From Chitinophagaceae bacterium (GTDB taxonomy: Bacteria > Bacteroidota > Bacteroidia > Chitinophagales > Chitinophagaceae): a stretch of 64,000 nucleotides of DNA. The stretch lies in the NCBI GenBank assembly GCA_037046685.1, contig JBAOGZ010000020.1, forward strand, positions 188,046 through 252,045, in the 5' to 3' direction. Each line of letters opens with the position of its first letter. Position 1 is the stretch's first letter. Positions 1-10,032 of this stretch are shown piece after piece. The position numbers and the translations under genes were made by a program. The notes beneath the pieces were generated by a model that did not search any database, was not told where the DNA came from, and saw only the letters and a list, made by a program, of their open reading frames with translations.

Positions 1-427
1 TAGTAGATACGGCTTTTTGTAAAGCAAAGGCGGGCAATGCCGGTACTTCTGCAGGAAAATAATCATTTGAGGTTCCCTCACCTTTGATGGCCGCTATAGG
101 TAAAATAAGGTCACCGATTTTGTTTCGTTTTTTTAAGCCACCACATTTGCCTAAAAACAAAACGGCTTTGGGGTTGATAGCGCTTAATAAATCCATAACA
201 GTGGCTGCCGAGGGGCTGCCCATACCAAAATTGATGATGGTAATATTATCTGCCGTAGCGCATTGCATAGGTCGATCTTTACCAACAATAGGTACTTGAT
301 GCCATTCGGCAAACATTTTTACATAATTGCTGAAATTGGCCAGTAAAATGTATTCTCCGAAATTTTCAAGTTGCTCGCCGGTATAACGGTGCAGCCAGTT
401 TTGTACTATTTCTTCTTTTGTCTTCAT
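1..427 (-). CDS. amn: AMP nucleosidase (short Bacteroidota form), N-terminal ~142 codons; the 3' end lies outside the window
   Basis: Absent from the ORF track because it runs off the window edge. Hand translation of the minus strand from the ATG (complement of 425-427) gives MKTKEEIVQNWLHRYTGEQLENFGEYILLANFSNYVKMFAEWHQVPIVGKDRPMQCATADNITIINFGMGSPSAATVMDLLSAINPKAVLFLGKCGGLKKRNKIGDLILPIAAIKGEGTSNDYF... The FGMGS..AA and GKCGGL motifs are typical of the nucleoside phosphorylase-fold catalytic domain of AMP nucleosidase. Confidence 0.7.
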   Translation of the reverse strand, partial: MKTKEEIVQNWLHRYTGEQLENFGEYILLANFSNYVKMFAEWHQVPIVGKDRPMQCATADNITIINFGMGSPSAATVMDLLSAINPKAVLFLGKCGGLKKRNKIGDLILPIAAIKGEGTSNDYFPAEVPALPAFALQKAVST

Positions 428-547
428 ACACACAAACGTACATGAAATTTTTCATTCATAACATACACAAAGGAGGAGTGAACAATTATATGGGAATTCC
501 GCTTGGCCAAAAAACAATAATAAGTATTTAAGAGAAATTTAATCATT

Positions 548-555
548 TACTTTTG
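548..555 (+). promoter_or_regulatory. Bacteroidota -7 promoter box match (TACTTTTG fits TAnnTTTG)
   Basis: Exact TAnnTTTG match ending 5 nt upstream of the ATG at 560. No convincing -33 TTG was identified. Confidence 0.35.
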
Positions 556-559
556 GATA

Positions 560-1006
560 ATGATTGAAATTAAATATCCACCTCCGGACTTTAGAATTAA
601 AACTGAAAAGGAAGTTGAATATATTTTTGATACCATTCGCAAAAAATGGATTGTACTAACACCGGAAGAATGGGTGAGGCAAAATTTTATTCAATATCTG
701 ATTAGCGTAAAAAATTATCCTACCTCATTAATTGCCGTTGAAAAAGAAATTCGTTTGGGAGAGTTAAAAAAGCGTTTTGATATTTTGGTTTATGATAAAC
801 AACACCAGCCCTGGATGATGATTGAGTGTAAAGCGAGTAGTGTGCCATTAGGCGAAGATGTGTTAGCACAATTATTAAGATACCATATTGGTTTGTCCGT
901 TCCTTTTTTGATCATTACCAATGGAAATATTACTTATGGATGGGAAAAAAATGCTAATGAACTAGTGGTGTTAGAAAATCTTCCCAATTTTACACCTGAA
1001 TTATAA
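560..1006 (+). CDS. Stand-alone HsdR_N-like (type I restriction enzyme R N-terminal domain) PD-(D/E)xK fold protein
   Basis: 148-aa ORF with a visible D...E.K nuclease-type core (FDILVYDKQHQPWMMIECKAS). It resembles the small HsdR N-terminal domain-containing proteins common in Bacteroidota. Confidence 0.65.
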   Translation: MIEIKYPPPDFRIKTEKEVEYIFDTIRKKWIVLTPEEWVRQNFIQYLISVKNYPTSLIAVEKEIRLGELKKRFDILVYDKQHQPWMMIECKASSVPLGEDVLAQLLRYHIGLSVPFLIITNGNITYGWEKNANELVVLENLPNFTPEL

Positions 1007-1102
1007 ATCGCTTTATTTCAGTATTTGCATTTTTTAGTGTAATCATTTTATATTGTAATAGGAAACTGTTACACGTTTCAATTTTCGTTTGGTTACAATG
1101 AT

Positions 1103-1141
1103 TTTAAAGAAATAACAAACCCCGTTGCAATTGCAACGGGG
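1103..1141 (-). terminator. Rho-independent terminator of the glutamate dehydrogenase gene
   Basis: Perfect 22-nt palindrome ccccgttgcaattgcaacgggg (1120-1141). On the minus strand it is followed by a U-rich tail (complement of aaagaaataacaaa). It lies 36 nt downstream of the stop at 1177. Confidence 0.8.
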
Positions 1142-1176
1142 CTGTAGGTAAGCAATTGATTTTGGTGCTATCTTAA

Positions 1177-2595
1177 TTATGGGAAAATGCCAAGTTCGGC
1201 ATAAGAATTTCCTACTTTATTTATTGCAACCACATAAGCAGCAGTACGCATATCCGGAATATCTGCATTGTTTTTCCAGCAGTCCATAATTTCTCTAGTA
1301 GCGGTTATCATAGTTTCTTCTAGTCCACTATAAACCAAATCTACTTCATCAGGTCCATGCATGATGAATTCTCTTTCATGCTTATCCACTTTTTTGCCGG
1401 TAAGGGATTCCATCTGGCCTAAAATATGTGTATTCAAATTTTCGGTAAAGCGTTTTTCAAGACGGCCATAACGTACATGGCTTAGATTTTTCAACCACTC
1501 AAAATAAGAAACCGTAACACCGCCGGCGTTCAGGTACATATCGGGTACTACCAATATTCCTTTTTTTGCAAATACTTCATCTGCCTCGGGTGTCAATGGC
1601 CCGTTTGCAGCTTCGCCTATCATTTTTGCTTTTATTCTTGGTGCATTATCACCATCTATTACATTTTCCAATGCGGCCGGAATCAGAATATCACACTCCA
1701 TTTCTAAAGCATCGGTGCTTTTGTCAAAGTTTTTTGCACCCGGAAAATTAAGAATAGAGCCGGTTGACTTTCTATGATTAAATACCTCATCTACATTCAA
1801 CCCATCAGCACTCCAGATAGCGCCTTCATATTCGGCAAGGGCCACAATTTTTGCCCCTGCATCCTGAAAGAATTTTGCTGAATGATAGCCCACATTTCCT
1901 AAACCCTGTACAATTACTTTTTTTCCTTCAACGCCGGTTGTAAGTCCCAGCTTTGCCATTACATCTGGCATATTGCACACTTCTCGCAGGCCAAAGAATA
2001 CACCAAGCCCAGTAGCTTCTCTGCGGCCTCTTACACCACCTTGCGTTACAGGCTTTCCGGTTACACAGGCAGCCGCATCAATTTCGCCCGGATGCATTGC
2101 AGTATAGGTATCTACTATCCATGCCATTTCTCTTTCTCCGGTTCCATAGTCAGGAGCAGGCACATCAGTACCGGGTCCTATAAAATTTTTCTTTATCAAT
2201 TCTGCTGTATAACGGCGGGTAATTTTTTCTAACTCATAGGCAGAATAAGCTCTTGGATTTATTTTAATACCGCCTTTTCCTCCACCAAAGGGTACATTTA
2301 CAATGGCGCATTTGTAAGTCATCAAGGCCGCCAGTGCCATTACTTCATCCTGGTTTACTTCCGCAGCAAAACGAATACCACCTTTACATGGAGTTTTGTG
2401 ATGCGAGTGTTGCACACGATAAGCTTCAATTACTTCAATAGTGCCATCATCTTTTTTTACAGGAAAACGCATTTGATAAACGGCATTACATTCTTTGATT
2501 TGTTCCAAAATTCCTTTATCCCATTTGGTAAATTTTGCAGCCTTATTGAAACTACGTTCAACAGCGCCAAAAAAACTGTAATTCTTAACTGACAT
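1177..2595 (-). CDS. gdh: Glutamate dehydrogenase (Glu/Leu/Phe/Val dehydrogenase family)
   Basis: 472-aa ORF with the catalytic-lysine motif region KGGIRF and the GGGKGG segment, plus a Rossmann motif GLGNVG. Confidence 0.9.
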   Translation of the reverse strand: MSVKNYSFFGAVERSFNKAAKFTKWDKGILEQIKECNAVYQMRFPVKKDDGTIEVIEAYRVQHSHHKTPCKGGIRFAAEVNQDEVMALAALMTYKCAIVNVPFGGGKGGIKINPRAYSAYELEKITRRYTAELIKKNFIGPGTDVPAPDYGTGEREMAWIVDTYTAMHPGEIDAAACVTGKPVTQGGVRGRREATGLGVFFGLREVCNMPDVMAKLGLTTGVEGKKVIVQGLGNVGYHSAKFFQDAGAKIVALAEYEGAIWSADGLNVDEVFNHRKSTGSILNFPGAKNFDKSTDALEMECDILIPAALENVIDGDNAPRIKAKMIGEAANGPLTPEADEVFAKKGILVVPDMYLNAGGVTVSYFEWLKNLSHVRYGRLEKRFTENLNTHILGQMESLTGKKVDKHEREFIMHGPDEVDLVYSGLEETMITATREIMDCWKNNADIPDMRTAAYVVAINKVGNSYAELGIFP

Positions 2596-2658
2596 GGTTC
2601 AATTTTTATATTAAGCAATCATTTTTAAAAGATAGAAAAGATAATTCAGCAATTGATA

Positions 2659-2871
2659 TCAATTGTCTTTTTCAAGTTTACTTATTTTTTTATCCAACCT
2701 TACGAGATATAAAATAAGTCCTGCTAAAATCAGCAAAACCACAGCCACTACCACATATATTCTTCCATTGCTGCGCATCAGGCTGGCCATTCCTCCATTT
2801 TCATCCTGCGCCAATAGGTTTATGGATATAAAACAGAATAGAAAAAGGAGTAGTATAGATTTTATTTTCAT
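2659..2871 (-). CDS. ccmD: CcmD-family small membrane protein (haem exporter subunit D-like)
   Basis: 70 aa with a signal-like N-terminus and one C-terminal TM helix followed by a charged tail. Its ATG overlaps the ccmC stop (ATGA), and it sits directly after ccmB-ccmC. Confidence 0.6.
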   Translation of the reverse strand: MKIKSILLLFLFCFISINLLAQDENGGMASLMRSNGRIYVVVAVVLLILAGLILYLVRLDKKISKLEKDN

Positions 2872-3566
2872 AATGAAGAAAGCTTTTTTTCTTTGAGCAG
2901 GTTGATCCTTATTTTAAGCGTTGTAATCCACACACCAATCAGCGTCCACCCGATAATAGCCGGATAAAATACCATCCGCATACTGCCATCAATATCTTTT
3001 GTATCAAGTGCGGGGTTTCCATTTTCGCCACCCGGGTGCAGACTGGGCAGCAATCGGGGAATGATCCAAATGGATGGAAACAACATAGCATAAGCAAATA
3101 TGTTATAGACCGAACTGATTCTTGCTCGTTTGTCCATATCATTTACCGAATCTCTCAATACGAGATAAGCAAAATAAACTAACAGCGCTATAGCAGCGCC
3201 AATTAGTTTTGGATCACGAGCCACAGTACTAAATGAATCAAAAGTAGGATTATTGGGATCTGCCCAAGTAAAAGACATCCAAATGGCACCGGTAGCATAA
3301 CCCAATATTCCAAAAATGATACCTACTACTGCAAACTGCCTTGCGTAGATATCATATTTTAAATCAAATGTGCGCAAATATCGTATTGCATTTACCATAG
3401 AAATGCTGAATAAAATCATCATGGCAAACCACATACATACATGGAAATATAAATTTCGTATCGTTTCGCCCAAAGCGGGAAGCTGGGGCACATCTAAAAG
3501 GAAACCGGCCGTACAAGTATAGATGACCAGCACGACACCGGTTATCTTCCACCAGGATTTATACAT
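2868..3566 (-). CDS. ccmC: Haem exporter protein C / cytochrome c assembly protein (CcmC/CcsA family)
   Basis: Polytopic membrane ORF with a Trp-rich segment (WMSFTWADPNNP). The ORF-track start at 3587 is TTG. The ATG at 3566 (MYKSWWKI...) matches the usual N-terminus, so the start is uncertain by 21 nt. Confidence 0.75.
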   Translation of the reverse strand: MYKSWWKITGVVLVIYTCTAGFLLDVPQLPALGETIRNLYFHVCMWFAMMILFSISMVNAIRYLRTFDLKYDIYARQFAVVGIIFGILGYATGAIWMSFTWADPNNPTFDSFSTVARDPKLIGAAIALLVYFAYLVLRDSVNDMDKRARISSVYNIFAYAMLFPSIWIIPRLLPSLHPGGENGNPALDTKDIDGSMRMVFYPAIIGWTLIGVWITTLKIRINLLKEKKLSSL

Positions 3567-3722
3567 ATAGTTTTTCTCAACCGTCAAGGGGAACTATTGT
3601 TTACCACAATCTGTGTGATAAAGCGAAGCAAAATTAAGGGGAATTATTTAATAGCAAAGGGCATTAATATTTCAACGAAAAATGTAATAGCTTAAATAGG
3701 ATGAATGAAAATATTTTCATTT

Positions 3723-4419
3723 TTAATCTTTCCACAAAAAAGGGAAAAGAATAATAGCCAGCAATACCACAAGTAAATCCATTGCTGCTAATAGCAATAC
3801 AGTACTGATGGGAGTAGTGAGCAAGGGGGCAAAAGCGGTATTGGATAACCGCATCAACAACATCAGTTGTACAATTATTACCGGGAATCCAAGAATGGCC
3901 ATTATCACCGGACTTTGTTGCGCTTTGGATGCAATGGCGGCCAGAAACGTAAATACCAGACTCAAGCTAAGGCTGCCCAATAAAGTAATGCCAATAAAAG
4001 GTAGCAGTTTGGGAATTACATTTCCCAAAAGGGCCGAAAAAATTAATAAGCTCAACAGGCTCATCAATAACATGAGCAAGGAGTTGAATATGAGTTTTGC
4101 TAATACAAAATTTACTGGACTTGCTACTGAATAGAAATACAACATTCTGCCCTTGCTTTCCTGTAAAAAACTTTTGGCTACCGCATTGATGCAGATAAAA
4201 AGTTGTAATACCCAGAAAAGCCCGTTCCATACCTTGGTTTCAGGCTGATTAATGGCCATGTTTAAAACAAAAATGGTTGAACCTATGTAAAGCAGAATGC
4301 CAAAGAAACTATATTGCTGTCTTGCCTCCAGCAGCAGGTCTTTCTTAAAAAGGGTGAATATGTGTTTGGCAGCACTGATAAAGTAAATTTTGCTGCGAAA
4401 ATAAATCAATTGAAATAAA
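3723..4419 (-). CDS. ccmB: Haem exporter protein B (CcmB family ABC permease)
   Basis: Six-TM hydrophobic ORF directly upstream of ccmC. The ORF-track start at 4535 overlaps the convergently placed start of the + strand gene at 4460. No in-frame ATG precedes the conserved KHIFTLFKKDLLLE region, so a TTG at 4419 is proposed. The start is uncertain. Confidence 0.6.
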
Positions 4420-4459
4420 GCGTAGAGAATATGATTATCTTGCTCCGAAATTTTTATAG

Positions 4460-5365
4460 ATGAAAAATATAGTCTGCTTGCTGCCTTTAGCTCTTTTTCT
4501 GGCCATTTTACCTGCTTGCAAATCAACAAAAACATCAGCTTCCGTAAAAATGCTGAAGTTTAATTTTGAAAAGGGAAAAACCTATGATTATGATATGAGC
4601 ATGAGTATGGATCAGGAAATCGGGGGTCAGTCTATTAAAATGGATGGCAATTATTATTACTCAATGAATGTAACCGGAGAAGAAGGTGAAAATAAAACAG
4701 TAACAACTAAAATTGACCGCTTTTCTATGAAAATGGATGCCGGCATCTTTAAAGTAGATATTGATACCGATAAGCCTACCCCTTCAATTTCAGAAGCATT
4801 CGCTGAAAAAGATCCGTCAAAATTGATGAACAGTATTTTTGGAACAATCAAGGGACAAACATTTACAATAAAAGTAAATCCGGAAGGAAAAGTGTTGGAA
4901 GTATCCGGTTTTGATAATATGGCTAAAAATATTTTTGATTCCATTGGTTTGGGTGAAAAAGAAAAAGCGGATGTATTGACTCAGTTTAACGAGCAGTTTA
5001 ATGCAGATAAAATGAGAAGTCAGTTTGAAAGAGTCTTATATATTTTTCCAAATAAAGAAGTAAATGTGGGCGAATCTTGGCAGAAGATTACAGAAATGAA
5101 TGCAGGCGAAATGAAAGGAAAATATAAATCAACATATAAAGTAACTGATATTGAGGGTGAAATGGTAACATTGAGTGAAAATTCAATTATAGAATCTGAA
5201 GCAGGTGCAATGGGGACTAATGGAACCGTTGAGGGAACGCTGGTGGTTGACAGTCGTACAGGCCTTGTAGTAAATGCAGATTCAAATATCAAAATGACGG
5301 TAAGCGAGCAGTCACAAAAAGTGGATATGAATATTAAAGTGAAAATAAAAGGAGCTGCACGATGA
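4460..5365 (+). CDS. Hypothetical lipoprotein (DUF6263-like)
   Basis: 301 aa with a lipoprotein signal peptide (LAILPAC). The sequence is beta-rich and Lys/Glu/Met-rich, and I recognise no catalytic motifs. Confidence 0.6.
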   Translation: MKNIVCLLPLALFLAILPACKSTKTSASVKMLKFNFEKGKTYDYDMSMSMDQEIGGQSIKMDGNYYYSMNVTGEEGENKTVTTKIDRFSMKMDAGIFKVDIDTDKPTPSISEAFAEKDPSKLMNSIFGTIKGQTFTIKVNPEGKVLEVSGFDNMAKNIFDSIGLGEKEKADVLTQFNEQFNADKMRSQFERVLYIFPNKEVNVGESWQKITEMNAGEMKGKYKSTYKVTDIEGEMVTLSENSIIESEAGAMGTNGTVEGTLVVDSRTGLVVNADSNIKMTVSEQSQKVDMNIKVKIKGAAR

Positions 5366-5543
5366 TGTTATAATGCCGCTTGAAAATTATATGTGTTTTC
5401 GTTGATGTTATAGTCCTTTCATTCAAAAAAATTATAATGCAGTTTTGTGCAAATACTTTTAGGTAAATAGTACAATGACAAATCATCTTTTGCACTTCTT
5501 AAACGCCATTAACTTTTTAACCCAATAATACCTTTTTAAACCC

Positions 5544-6773
5544 TTAACTCATTTCTTCCAAACTTTTTGCCACAATTTCCACAGCTTCTATCATCTCCTC
5601 TTTTTTAATGATTAATGGCGGAGCAAATCTGATTTTGTCGCCATGTGTAGGCTTGGCCAGCAATCCGTTTTCTTTCATTCTAATACAAAGCTCCCAGGCA
5701 GCATCTTTGTTTGTATGATTGATAACAATTGCATTTAATAATCCTTTGCCTCTTACTTGACTTATAAATGGTGAATTTAATTTTTCCAGTTCCGTACGCA
5801 ACAAATTGCCCATTAAGACTGCATTTTCAGCCATATTTTCATCTTGTAGAACCTGAAGCGATGCAATTGCAGTTTTGCAAGCCAAAGGATTGCCGCCATA
5901 GGTACTGCCATGTTCACCGGGTTTTATGGTCATCATTATCTCATCGTTACATAGCACTGCACTCACCGGAAGCATACCACCACTAAGTGCTTTTCCCAGC
6001 AGTAAAATATCAGGCTTTACATTTTCATGATCGCAGGCCAGCATTTTTCCGGTACGGCACAGGCCGGTCTGTATTTCATCGGCAATGAGCAGTACGTTGT
6101 GTTTCTCACAAATGGACTTGGCTTTTTTCAGATATCCATCATCAGGAACTACCACCCCTGCTTCACCCTGAATGGGCTCTACCAGAAATCCGGTTACGTT
6201 TTTATTTTCCAATGCAGCTTCCAATGCTTTCAAATCATTAAAAGGAATGGCCGTAAAACCCGGCATATATGGCCCGAAATTATTTTTTGAATAAGGATCG
6301 CTGCTGAAAGAAATAACAGTGGAAGTGCGTCCATGAAAGTTTTTTTCGCATACGATTATTTCAGCTTTGTCTTGCGGAACACCTTTTACTTCATATGCCC
6401 ATTTGCGACAAAGTTTAATACCTGTTTCCACTGCTTCTACGCCGGTATTCATGGGCAATACTTTATCGTAACCAAAAAGGGTTGTAATATATTTTTCGTA
6501 AGCACCCAATGCATCGTTATAAAATGCACGACTGGTAAGTGTAAGTTTTTGAGCCTGCTCGATAAACGCATCTACGATCTGTGGATGACAATGCCCCTGA
6601 TTGACGGCAGAGTAGCCACTTAGAAAATCATAATATTGTTTGCCTTCCACATCCCATACATGCACACCTTTTCCTTTTGATAATACTACCGGCAGCGGAT
6701 GATAATTGTGTGCGCCGTATTGTGCTTCTATGTCAAAATAATATTGAGATGTAGATGAAATAAGCGATTGCAT
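5544..6773 (-). CDS. rocD: Ornithine--oxo-acid aminotransferase
   Basis: Class-III PLP aminotransferase. The N-terminus [46 protein letters not shown] is typical of RocD/OAT. The ORF-track start at 6827 is TTG, and I prefer the ATG at 6773. Confidence 0.85.
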   Translation of the reverse strand: MQSLISSTSQYYFDIEAQYGAHNYHPLPVVLSKGKGVHVWDVEGKQYYDFLSGYSAVNQGHCHPQIVDAFIEQAQKLTLTSRAFYNDALGAYEKYITTLFGYDKVLPMNTGVEAVETGIKLCRKWAYEVKGVPQDKAEIIVCEKNFHGRTSTVISFSSDPYSKNNFGPYMPGFTAIPFNDLKALEAALENKNVTGFLVEPIQGEAGVVVPDDGYLKKAKSICEKHNVLLIADEIQTGLCRTGKMLACDHENVKPDILLLGKALSGGMLPVSAVLCNDEIMMTIKPGEHGSTYGGNPLACKTAIASLQVLQDENMAENAVLMGNLLRTELEKLNSPFISQVRGKGLLNAIVINHTNKDAAWELCIRMKENGLLAKPTHGDKIRFAPPLIIKKEEMIEAVEIVAKSLEEMS

Positions 6774-7146
6774 GACAAAGATTTGAAGTTGAAAAAATGA
6801 ATAGCAAGAAAGAAAATATTCCTGCAAAAAAAAACAGTTTACAGGAAAGCGAAACTATTCACCCCTTAGTGATTGAGTAAATTGAGGTGTTGCTTTAAAA
6901 AAGATGATATGACACTTGAGAAAGTGATAATCTGAAATTTGCTGCAAGGTACGAATGAATGATGGGAAAGCCAAACTTGAGAATTTGTTTCAACACTATT
7001 TTGGTTGTTTTAATAAGATCAAATGATAGGTCTATGAACTTCGCCTCAATGCATTTTTAATAGAAGAATTGAGTGAAACCCACTTTGATTTTCTTTGTTT
7101 GAGCAATTACAATAGGCAATAATTCCCGTTTTGGGCGAAAGAAAAT

Positions 7147-8463
7147 TTACTGCGATTGCATTTCTTCTGCCCATTTATCTCTTTCGTCAGGACTGAATTT
7201 CCAGGGGGCAAAATTATTTTCTACGTTGCTGAACATGGCCGTCCACTCCTGTGGCGAGTTGCTTTCTTCCATTACCAGATAGCGGCGGAGTTGTACTATA
7301 ATATCAAGCGGACTGATGCTCACCGGACATTCCTGTACACAGGCATTGCAGGTAGTGCAGGCTCTCAGCTCTTCGGTTGTTATATAATCATGCATCAGCG
7401 ATTTGCCATCGTCTTTGAACTCGCCATTTGCATTTATGTTTTTTCCTACTGCTTCAAGCCGGTCTCGGGTGGCCATCATGATTTTACGGGGCGAAAGCAG
7501 TTTACCTGTTTGGTTTGCAGGGCAAGCTGCCGAGCATCGGCCACATTCAGTACAGCTATAAGCATCCATCAGGTTTTTCCAGCTAAGATCCTGTACATCC
7601 TTTGCACCAAATTTCAATGGACTTGCCTGCTCACCAGTTGGTGCAAGCTCGGGCTGTATGGCATACAGCACTTCTTTTTGTACCGATTCCATATTTTCCA
7701 TTTTTCCCATGGGTTCCAACCGGGCATAATAGGCATTGGGAAAAGCAAGAATAATATGCAGATGTTTGGAATAGGGCAAATAATTGAGAAAAGCAAATAT
7801 GCCAACGATGTGTAACCACCAGCAAACTCTTTCAATTACCTCCAACCCATGATTGCTGACGCCTGAAAGTAATGGGTGCAAAAATTTTGAAATAATAAAA
7901 CCTTCACCGGATATGCCTGCGCTTCGGTTGATTAATAAAGTCTCACTCGCATTCATGAGTAAAAAAAGCGACATCAACACGATCTCCGTTATCAAAATAT
8001 AATTGGCATCGCTACGAGGCCAGCCGTTCAGATCTTTGCTTACAAAGCGCCTGAGTTTGATAAAATTTCTTCTTACCAGAAAAATGGCACAGGCAGAAAG
8101 CACCAACAACGCCAATACTTCAAATGAATTGATTAAAAAAAGATAAAGTGCTCCCAATGGTTTTGCAAACAAGCGATGTGTGCCTAAAACTCCATCCAGA
8201 ATAATTTCAAGTACTTCAATATTGATGATGATAAAGCCGGCATAAACAATAAAGTGTAAAACAGCTACCAATGGATTCCTAAACATTTTTTTTTGTCCGA
8301 AAGCCAGCAATAATACATTGCGCCAACGTTGCGAAGGCCGGTCATTGAGGTCCTCATCTCTTCCCAGTTTTATATTTCTGCTAATCTCTTTTACTTTCTT
8401 TGAAAAGAGCCAGATGGCGACTGCGCTGATGAGTACAAAAATAATTTGCTGTGCTATTTGCAT
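7147..8463 (-). CDS. Membrane-anchored (Fe-S)-binding protein with two 4Fe-4S ferredoxin-type motifs
   Basis: 438 aa. The N-terminal half has several TM helices. The C-terminal half carries CTECGRCSAACP and CTTCNACVQECP cluster motifs (HdrC/GlpC/DsrK-like architecture). Confidence 0.75.
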   Translation of the reverse strand: MQIAQQIIFVLISAVAIWLFSKKVKEISRNIKLGRDEDLNDRPSQRWRNVLLLAFGQKKMFRNPLVAVLHFIVYAGFIIINIEVLEIILDGVLGTHRLFAKPLGALYLFLINSFEVLALLVLSACAIFLVRRNFIKLRRFVSKDLNGWPRSDANYILITEIVLMSLFLLMNASETLLINRSAGISGEGFIISKFLHPLLSGVSNHGLEVIERVCWWLHIVGIFAFLNYLPYSKHLHIILAFPNAYYARLEPMGKMENMESVQKEVLYAIQPELAPTGEQASPLKFGAKDVQDLSWKNLMDAYSCTECGRCSAACPANQTGKLLSPRKIMMATRDRLEAVGKNINANGEFKDDGKSLMHDYITTEELRACTTCNACVQECPVSISPLDIIVQLRRYLVMEESNSPQEWTAMFSNVENNFAPWKFSPDERDKWAEEMQSQ

Positions 8464-8560
8464 ATACGATGGGTTGCAGCCGCTAATTTACAGTCAAATT
8501 CCCGTATTTGGTCGTTTCGGTTTACGTCAAATTTTTTGGTGTATAATTTCTGTAATCTTT

Positions 8561-8568
8561 TACATTTG
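8561..8568 (+). promoter_or_regulatory. -7 promoter box match (TACATTTG)
   Basis: TAnnTTTG match 40 nt upstream of the ATG at 8608. Confidence 0.4.
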
Positions 8569-8607
8569 TGCCGTTAAAAAATTACTGACTCCTTATTAGC
8601 GAAAAGA

Positions 8608-10008
8608 ATGTCCAACTCTTATTTAGATCTTGTAAAGCAAACTTTTAATTTCCCTCAGGAAGGGATTGATGTAAAAGATGGTTATCTGCATTTCAACGGG
8701 CTTGATTTAAAATCTTTGATTGCCAAACACGGTACACCGTTAAAGCTAACTTACCTGCCCAAAATTGGTATGCAGATAAAAAAGGCAAAACAAATGTTTG
8801 CCAATGCATTTAAAAGAAATAAATATGAGGGCAAATATTTTTATTGCTATTGTACCAAAAGCTCTCATTTCAGTTTTGTAGTAGAAGAGGCATTAAAGCA
8901 CGACATAAATCTGGAAACTTCCTATGCTTACGATATAGAAATCATAAAAAAACTGTATGCCAAAAAGAAAGTTACGAAGGACATTCATATCATTTGCAAT
9001 GGTTTCAAGCAAAAAGGATATACAAGACGCATAGCCGGCTTGTTGAATGATGGTTGGCAAAATGTTATTCCCGTTTTGGATAATAAAGAGGAATTAAAGG
9101 AATATGCTACTTCGGTAAAAGTACCATTTAAGTTGGGTATTAGAGTAGCGGCAGAGGAAGAGCCCAATTTCCCATTTTATACTTCAAGACTGGGTATCAG
9201 GGCGAAAGACATTCTGGAATTTTATGTTGACCGGATAGAAGGATATGAAAGTAAGTTTCAGCTAAAAATGCTGCATATTTTTTTGAACAAAGGCATTAAA
9301 GATGATATTTACTATTGGAGTGAATTGAATAAAGTAATCAACCTGTATTGTCAACTAAAAAAGATTTGTCCCGAGTTGGATTCTATTAATATCGGTGGTG
9401 GATTCCCCATCAAACATTCGTTGGGTTTTGATTATGATTACCAGTTTATGATTAATGAAATTATCAAAAACGTAAAAGTTGCTTGTAAGAAAGCAAAAGT
9501 GCCCATGCCCAATATCTTTACTGAGTTTGGCAGCTATACTGTGGGCGAAAGCATGGCTCATATCTACAGCGTCATTTCTGAAAAAGTTCAAAATGACAGG
9601 GAAACCTGGTATATGATTGATTCATCCTTCATCACCACTTTGCCCGATACTTGGGGCATTGGCGAAAAATTTTTGATGCTACCCGTAAATAAATGGGATG
9701 TCGATTATCAGCGTGTGGTTTTGGGAGGCATTACTTGCGATAGTCACGATTATTACGACTCAGAAGAACATATCAACGAAGTTTTTCTTCCTAAAACTGA
9801 TGGTGATAAGGAGCCTTTATATGTTGGGTTCTTTCATACTGGTGCCTATCAGGATCAGATCAGCGGATATGGCGGCATCAAACATTGTCTGATACCATCG
9901 CCCAAGCATGTAATTGTTGGGTATGATAAAAACGGAAAGCTGACCGATTGGGTTTACGCCAAGCAACAAACAGCTCAAAGTATGCTGAAGATTTTGGGAT
10001 ACAAATAA
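8608..10008 (+). CDS. Arginine decarboxylase-like PLP enzyme (alanine racemase-fold, group IV decarboxylase, short 466-aa form)
   Basis: 466-aa ORF with the Orn/DAP/Arg decarboxylase layout: a K in a YCTKS context near the N-terminal barrel, a GGG motif (NIGGGFP), and a C-terminal GGITCDSHD region. It resembles the ~465-aa arginine decarboxylases annotated in Bacteroidota. Confidence 0.65.
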   Translation: MSNSYLDLVKQTFNFPQEGIDVKDGYLHFNGLDLKSLIAKHGTPLKLTYLPKIGMQIKKAKQMFANAFKRNKYEGKYFYCYCTKSSHFSFVVEEALKHDINLETSYAYDIEIIKKLYAKKKVTKDIHIICNGFKQKGYTRRIAGLLNDGWQNVIPVLDNKEELKEYATSVKVPFKLGIRVAAEEEPNFPFYTSRLGIRAKDILEFYVDRIEGYESKFQLKMLHIFLNKGIKDDIYYWSELNKVINLYCQLKKICPELDSINIGGGFPIKHSLGFDYDYQFMINEIIKNVKVACKKAKVPMPNIFTEFGSYTVGESMAHIYSVISEKVQNDRETWYMIDSSFITTLPDTWGIGEKFLMLPVNKWDVDYQRVVLGGITCDSHDYYDSEEHINEVFLPKTDGDKEPLYVGFFHTGAYQDQISGYGGIKHCLIPSPKHVIVGYDKNGKLTDWVYAKQQTAQSMLKILGYK

Positions 10009-10032
10009 GATATATTCAGAATTTTCTTAATG

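Noticed and set aside
3703-3720. The perfect AT-only palindrome aatgaaaatattttcatt lies just downstream of the ccmB stop and could be a terminator.
   Set aside because: The stem contains only A-T pairs, so its stability is too low for a confident intrinsic terminator call. ccmB and ccmC are probably co-transcribed across this 135-nt gap.
7156-7815. A 219-aa plus-strand ORF lies inside the Fe-S protein gene.
   Set aside because: It is antisense to a gene with clear 4Fe-4S motifs and TM helices. Its own translation has no recognisable features and an odd composition rich in Cys, Phe and His.
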